Below are positions 37,701 through 40,177 of a stretch of DNA of 40,177 nucleotides, piece after piece. Position numbers and translations under genes: made by a program. The notes beneath the pieces are model-generated. The model worked only from the letters and a program-made list of their open reading frames with translations. It ran no database searches and was not told the DNA's origin. This DNA comes from Fidelibacterota bacterium (GTDB lineage: Bacteria; Fidelibacterota; Marinisomatia; SCGC-AAA003-L08; D37C17): contig PAHD01000013.1 of the NCBI GenBank assembly GCA_002704685.1, positions 39,988-80,164 of the forward strand, written 5' to 3'. Position 1 is the first letter of the stretch; each line of letters starts with the position of its first letter.

Positions 37701-37767
37701 TGGTTACGATTTTGATTCAAATGAAGAGGATGAAGATGACGATGATTGGGAAGATGAGGATTGGTAA
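34720..37767 (+). CDS. Membrane-anchored octahaem c-type cytochrome (1015 aa)
   Basis: Eight CxxCH motifs: CTSCH, CTSCH, CFNCH, CNNCH, CMGCH, CYTCH, CQGCH, CNNCH. N-terminal TM (WFAIASILTLISVGWMF), a charged helical region of about 200 aa, repeated monohaem-domain signatures (W-I-K/R-N-P ... M-P), and the acidic tail NEEDEDDDDWEDEDW. Confidence 0.9.
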   Translation: MDYKNDERYWNINLLNKWFAIASILTLISVGWMFLHDNDDEFKEYQREFRKLGAEVAETKLLEELSLVEDERDIYQEAYDEEKNKFDANGDKLDSLNNLLVDVKGIFYKSNMDYLFFKAESDQKKYLYETELAHSHDEDHHNHEEYKYKNEYETSLVTLQELKLIKEKDEKLVLETEEEIKNLSSNLKVKEDELNKYLKQVSLLEMKIQKLDRSKMSFVNQIGDIVRDLPIIDFLDPYYKVHQIVAHDVKYDVNFASVPSVDRCTSCHLGIDNPDFVDAPQPYTTHPRLDLYVSSSSPHTMDQFGCTSCHAGRARGTSFISSSHTPGSKEQEDEWKEKYDWEKIHHWLQPMLPTKYTQASCFNCHQSQPIVDGGDKLALGLGLISTSGCNNCHHIETYQKEYNAGPPLTHLDQKLDKEWVAKWIKNPQSFRYNTWMPHFFEQENNSSPEMVRRNNSEIYAMTEYFFPDGGHVMNNSSEFIGNYESGEKLFNAVGCMGCHQVKDEKVDMTFDDLPYEMFMSKFGYESEEMTRYELLKNQGPNLIGVGSKSDAEWIYNWIKNPSEYYPETRMPDMRLTHEEAADITAYLLTLKNEEFAKLPSSYYDQEEMNNIAKGWMVKAFAEEEAIEKLNRMSEKEVINYVGTKSINYYGCYTCHSIKGFENGKPIGAELTYEGSKPLNTLDFGHIHFIGHNNYSWFEQKLANPRIFDRDKIVAPEDKSRMPNYYFKPEEIEAITTAILGFNNNKFSDNMLIENLVDDKNVFKGYSLIQQYNCQGCHMIDDFGGQIVDLLGQDYGPPNLNTQGIKTQPDWLYKFFKNPITIRPSLQVRMPSFTMLSDDDWNSLIGSLQHLENHKLAFESDLIVDKHSIEFKAGEKLHEFGACNNCHFYGEIKPVQGPASWAPNLAMTKERLRPEWVIEWLRNPQAIMPGTKMPAVYLPTSDILEADGAEQVWGSELVELKGNNDLMLKGITDYIYTIPGKTDITKIVKEYFKTNGYDFDSNEEDEDDDDWEDEDW

Positions 37768-37771
37768 AATT

Positions 37772-38617
37772 TTAATAATATATTTTAATTAAATTTTCAA
37801 TATCTTTTTTAGCTTCACTAGGTCTCCAATCCATTCCATCATAAGTATTAACTAATTTTAAGTCCTTGTCAATTAATAAAGTTCTCATAGTATGGCCAAT
37901 ATTATTTTCTTCAACACCCCAGTATGCTACGCCAGCTTGTTGACTTAATGTAAATATATCATTTATGTGTTTGTAGCTTGAAAGAAAGTGTAGATTTTCT
38001 TTTTTAAGACCACCATACATACTTTTTAAAACTTCAGGTGTATCAAATAAATAATCAAAACTAATTAGTAGAAAATCGATATTTGCGTTTTTAAAATGAT
38101 TAGATAAATATTGATTTTTCACGATTGCTGCTGGACACATATTTGGCATAGGACATTTACTAAATATAAAAGAAATCAATAAGAAATCAGATTTAAAATC
38201 AGATAAAGAAATCTGTTTATTATTCACATCTAAAAAAGTTGCATTATCAATTGAATCACCTGCTTCTTTAAGAGAATATTTTGAATCTTCATCATCTTCC
38301 CAAAAATTATCTTGTGAAGATATTTTAGACTTTCCAACAATATCGTAGTTTAAAGAGTAGCTGTTTTTATCTTTTACAATTAGATTAAACTTAACGCTAT
38401 CGTTAATGCTAAATTGATTAATATCCACTGAGTTATGTAAATTAAAAAACATCACCATTTTAACCATAAAACCTGGTATTTCATCATGATCAATTAGAAG
38501 TTTATTTTTATCTTTATCAATTTCTTTAATTACACCAATTACATTATACTTCTTCGGTGTATCACATGTAAAAAATAAGATTGAAAGACAAACTATAAAA
38601 AAAGACTTAATATTCAT
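37772..38617 (-). CDS. SCO1/SenC-like thioredoxin-fold copper chaperone with an N-terminal CusF-like Met-rich domain
   Basis: Signal/lipoprotein N-terminus (CLSILFFTC). CusF-like segment LLIDHDEIPGFMVKMVMFFNL...DSVKFNL. Thioredoxin-fold part has FSKCPMPNMCP (C-x5-C-P instead of the canonical C-x3-C-P) and a downstream conserved His (IGHTMRTLLID). Confidence 0.7.
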   Translation of the reverse strand: MNIKSFFIVCLSILFFTCDTPKKYNVIGVIKEIDKDKNKLLIDHDEIPGFMVKMVMFFNLHNSVDINQFSINDSVKFNLIVKDKNSYSLNYDIVGKSKISSQDNFWEDDEDSKYSLKEAGDSIDNATFLDVNNKQISLSDFKSDFLLISFIFSKCPMPNMCPAAIVKNQYLSNHFKNANIDFLLISFDYLFDTPEVLKSMYGGLKKENLHFLSSYKHINDIFTLSQQAGVAYWGVEENNIGHTMRTLLIDKDLKLVNTYDGMDWRPSEAKKDIENLIKIYY

Positions 38618-38722
38618 AAAATAATTTAAAAAAAACTTTAATTAAATACATAAATCATTTTAATTTATAGTATAAAAAATTAGTAAAATTTAAGTACAAT
38701 TAAATTAAAGGAAATTACAAAA

Positions 38723-39241
38723 ATGAAGATTGGTATTTTTTTCGGAAGTTCAACAGATAATACAACAACAGCAACTGAATTCATGAAAGAGTATTTAGAA
38801 ATGAATGATCATGAAGTTGAAATGCATAATATAGCTGATGCTGATGTTGATAAAATTCTTGAGTTTGATAATATAATTATTGGCTGTCCTACTTGGCACA
38901 TTGGTGAATTACAAGAAGATTGGGATTCAGTATTTTTAGATTATGAAAAGCTAGATTTTAATGGCAAGACAGCGGCCTTTTTTGGCTGTGGTGATCAAAT
39001 TGGTTATCCTGCAAACTTTTTAGATGCTATAGGTATGTTAGCTGATCCTTTTATGAAAAAAGGTGGAAAGTTAATTGGGCGAATTCCAAGAGATAATTAT
39101 CAATTTGAGGGTTCTAGAGCTTTAGATAAAGATGATAAATTAATGGGTTTAGGTCTAGATTATGACAATGATGATGAACAAACGTGTGAAGATTACATGA
39201 TTGAATGGTTAGAAGATATCTTAGATGAATTCCCAGGTTAG
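38723..39241 (+). CDS. fldA: Flavodoxin (long-chain type)
   Basis: MKIGIFFGSSTDNTTTATE (FMN phosphate-binding loop), CPTWHIGELQEDWD, FFGCGDQIGYPANF; 172 aa and acidic. Confidence 0.9.
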   Translation: MKIGIFFGSSTDNTTTATEFMKEYLEMNDHEVEMHNIADADVDKILEFDNIIIGCPTWHIGELQEDWDSVFLDYEKLDFNGKTAAFFGCGDQIGYPANFLDAIGMLADPFMKKGGKLIGRIPRDNYQFEGSRALDKDDKLMGLGLDYDNDDEQTCEDYMIEWLEDILDEFPG

Positions 39242-39256
39242 TATATAATTTATGCT

Positions 39257-39291
39257 AAAAAAAAAGGGCTGATAATCAGCCCTTTTTTTTT
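39257..39291. terminator. Bidirectional intrinsic terminator between convergent genes
   Basis: A9 run (39257-39265), GC-containing palindrome GGGCTGAT-A-ATCAGCCC (39266-39282), then T9 run (39283-39291). It can act as hairpin plus U-tract on either strand. Confidence 0.8.
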
Positions 39292-39309
39292 ATAATAAAT
39301 TTAAATTTA

Positions 39310-40056
39310 TTATTTCTTTGATGGTTTTACAAAAGTGAAATCTTGCTTAGTATCAATAGAATCTTCAATTGTTACTGTCTTAACAATAGATCTTTTCATT
39401 TTAAACTTTTCTTGCCAAGCTATAACTTCATACGTTCCTGGTGGTATATCATCGATTCTAAAATTTCCTTTTTCATCGGTAACAGCAAAGTATGGATGGT
39501 CCTGCACTAAAACCCATGCTTTCATCCATGGATGAACATCGCATTTGATATAAAAAGGTTCTTCAACTTTACCAAATGATGTCTTTTTTTCTTTAACAAC
39601 TTTTGGCATAGCAAAATTAAATTGTTCATTTTCTTTTGCCATAGAATGAATGTTATGAAGAGTCGCATCACTATTTTTAATCAAAACGTTTTGATTTTTC
39701 ATTACAGCCATAACATGAGGCGTATATACACATCCCTGTTGATCTAAAACAGCAGTCTCAGCTTTTACTGGTCCATCATATTTAACGTCTTTTAACCAAA
39801 CTAAAACATTTTTAAGATTCATATCCTCATCAACCATAAAGCTTTCTGATAATACTTTTTTATCATGTGATGAACCACAAACTGGGTCTGCATCCATTTT
39901 TAAAGCTTTCCTACTAGGTACTTTACCATCATACTTTATATTTCCAACAAGACTTCCATGCTTGTGTGTATCGCTTGTTCCACAACCATCGCAATGAGCC
40001 GAAAGATTTGATGTGATGAAAAAGATTGAAATGATAAATGCTACATATTTTTTCAT
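39310..40056 (-). CDS. Secreted cupredoxin-like copper protein fused to a carboxypeptidase-regulatory-like beta-sandwich domain
   Basis: Signal peptide followed by the Cys/His cluster HCDGCGTSDTHKH. Putative type-1 Cu ligand pattern ATLHNIH ... CDVHPWM. C-terminal TDEKGNFRIDDIPPGTYEVIAWQEKF (CarboxypepD_reg-like). SD aaaggag lies upstream. Confidence 0.65.
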   Translation of the reverse strand: MKKYVAFIISIFFITSNLSAHCDGCGTSDTHKHGSLVGNIKYDGKVPSRKALKMDADPVCGSSHDKKVLSESFMVDEDMNLKNVLVWLKDVKYDGPVKAETAVLDQQGCVYTPHVMAVMKNQNVLIKNSDATLHNIHSMAKENEQFNFAMPKVVKEKKTSFGKVEEPFYIKCDVHPWMKAWVLVQDHPYFAVTDEKGNFRIDDIPPGTYEVIAWQEKFKMKRSIVKTVTIEDSIDTKQDFTFVKPSKK

Positions 40057-40177
40057 TTTTTATTTATTCTCCTTTAATGTGATACCTAAATTTAAACCAT
40101 AAGTTGAATTTACTGCAACTATTGTTTACATATTTACATATTGAAACAATTATAAAATATATTTTATTTGTTTGATT

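Overview
This is a strongly AT-rich, very gene-dense chromosomal segment. Intergenic DNA is minimal, many start/stop junctions overlap by 1-4 nt, and about 90% of genes are on the + strand. It looks like a streamlined, probably marine, free-living bacterium. The phylum cannot be fixed by eye; an FCB-group or Marinimicrobia-like lineage is only a guess. I saw no rRNA, CRISPR array, transposase, integrase or phage gene.

Recognisable content, in order:
- a TPR-like protein open to the 5' edge
- pyrD, a frameshifted rlpA, and cdsA
- a seven-gene translationally coupled cluster of unknown function (4280-10721): a MutL/EutA-like ASKHA ATPase, a barrel-sandwich protein and five membrane proteins
- a lysine to 2-aminoadipate module (ALDH7-type dehydrogenase plus lat)
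- rsmI, tmk, an S41 C-terminal protease, and tRNA-Val(GAC)
- infC-rpmI-rplT-pheS-pheT-zapA
- folD interrupted by an in-frame TAG
- a lone minus-strand 507-aa SAM methyltransferase-like gene
- hisC, a flavin-reductase-like protein, acetoacetyl-CoA synthetase, ctaB and ctaA
- a chain of unannotated mini-ORFs
- a HEAT-repeat membrane protein
- a Rieske / split cytochrome b operon ending in a 1015-aa octahaem cytochrome c
- a copper/iron redox corner (SCO-like protein, flavodoxin, cupredoxin-like protein)

The best candidate for an undescribed system is the 4280-10721 cluster. The second is the atypical Rieske/cytochrome b/octahaem complex together with its HEAT-repeat and mini-protein neighbours. 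All family calls come from motif recognition by eye; no searches were run.
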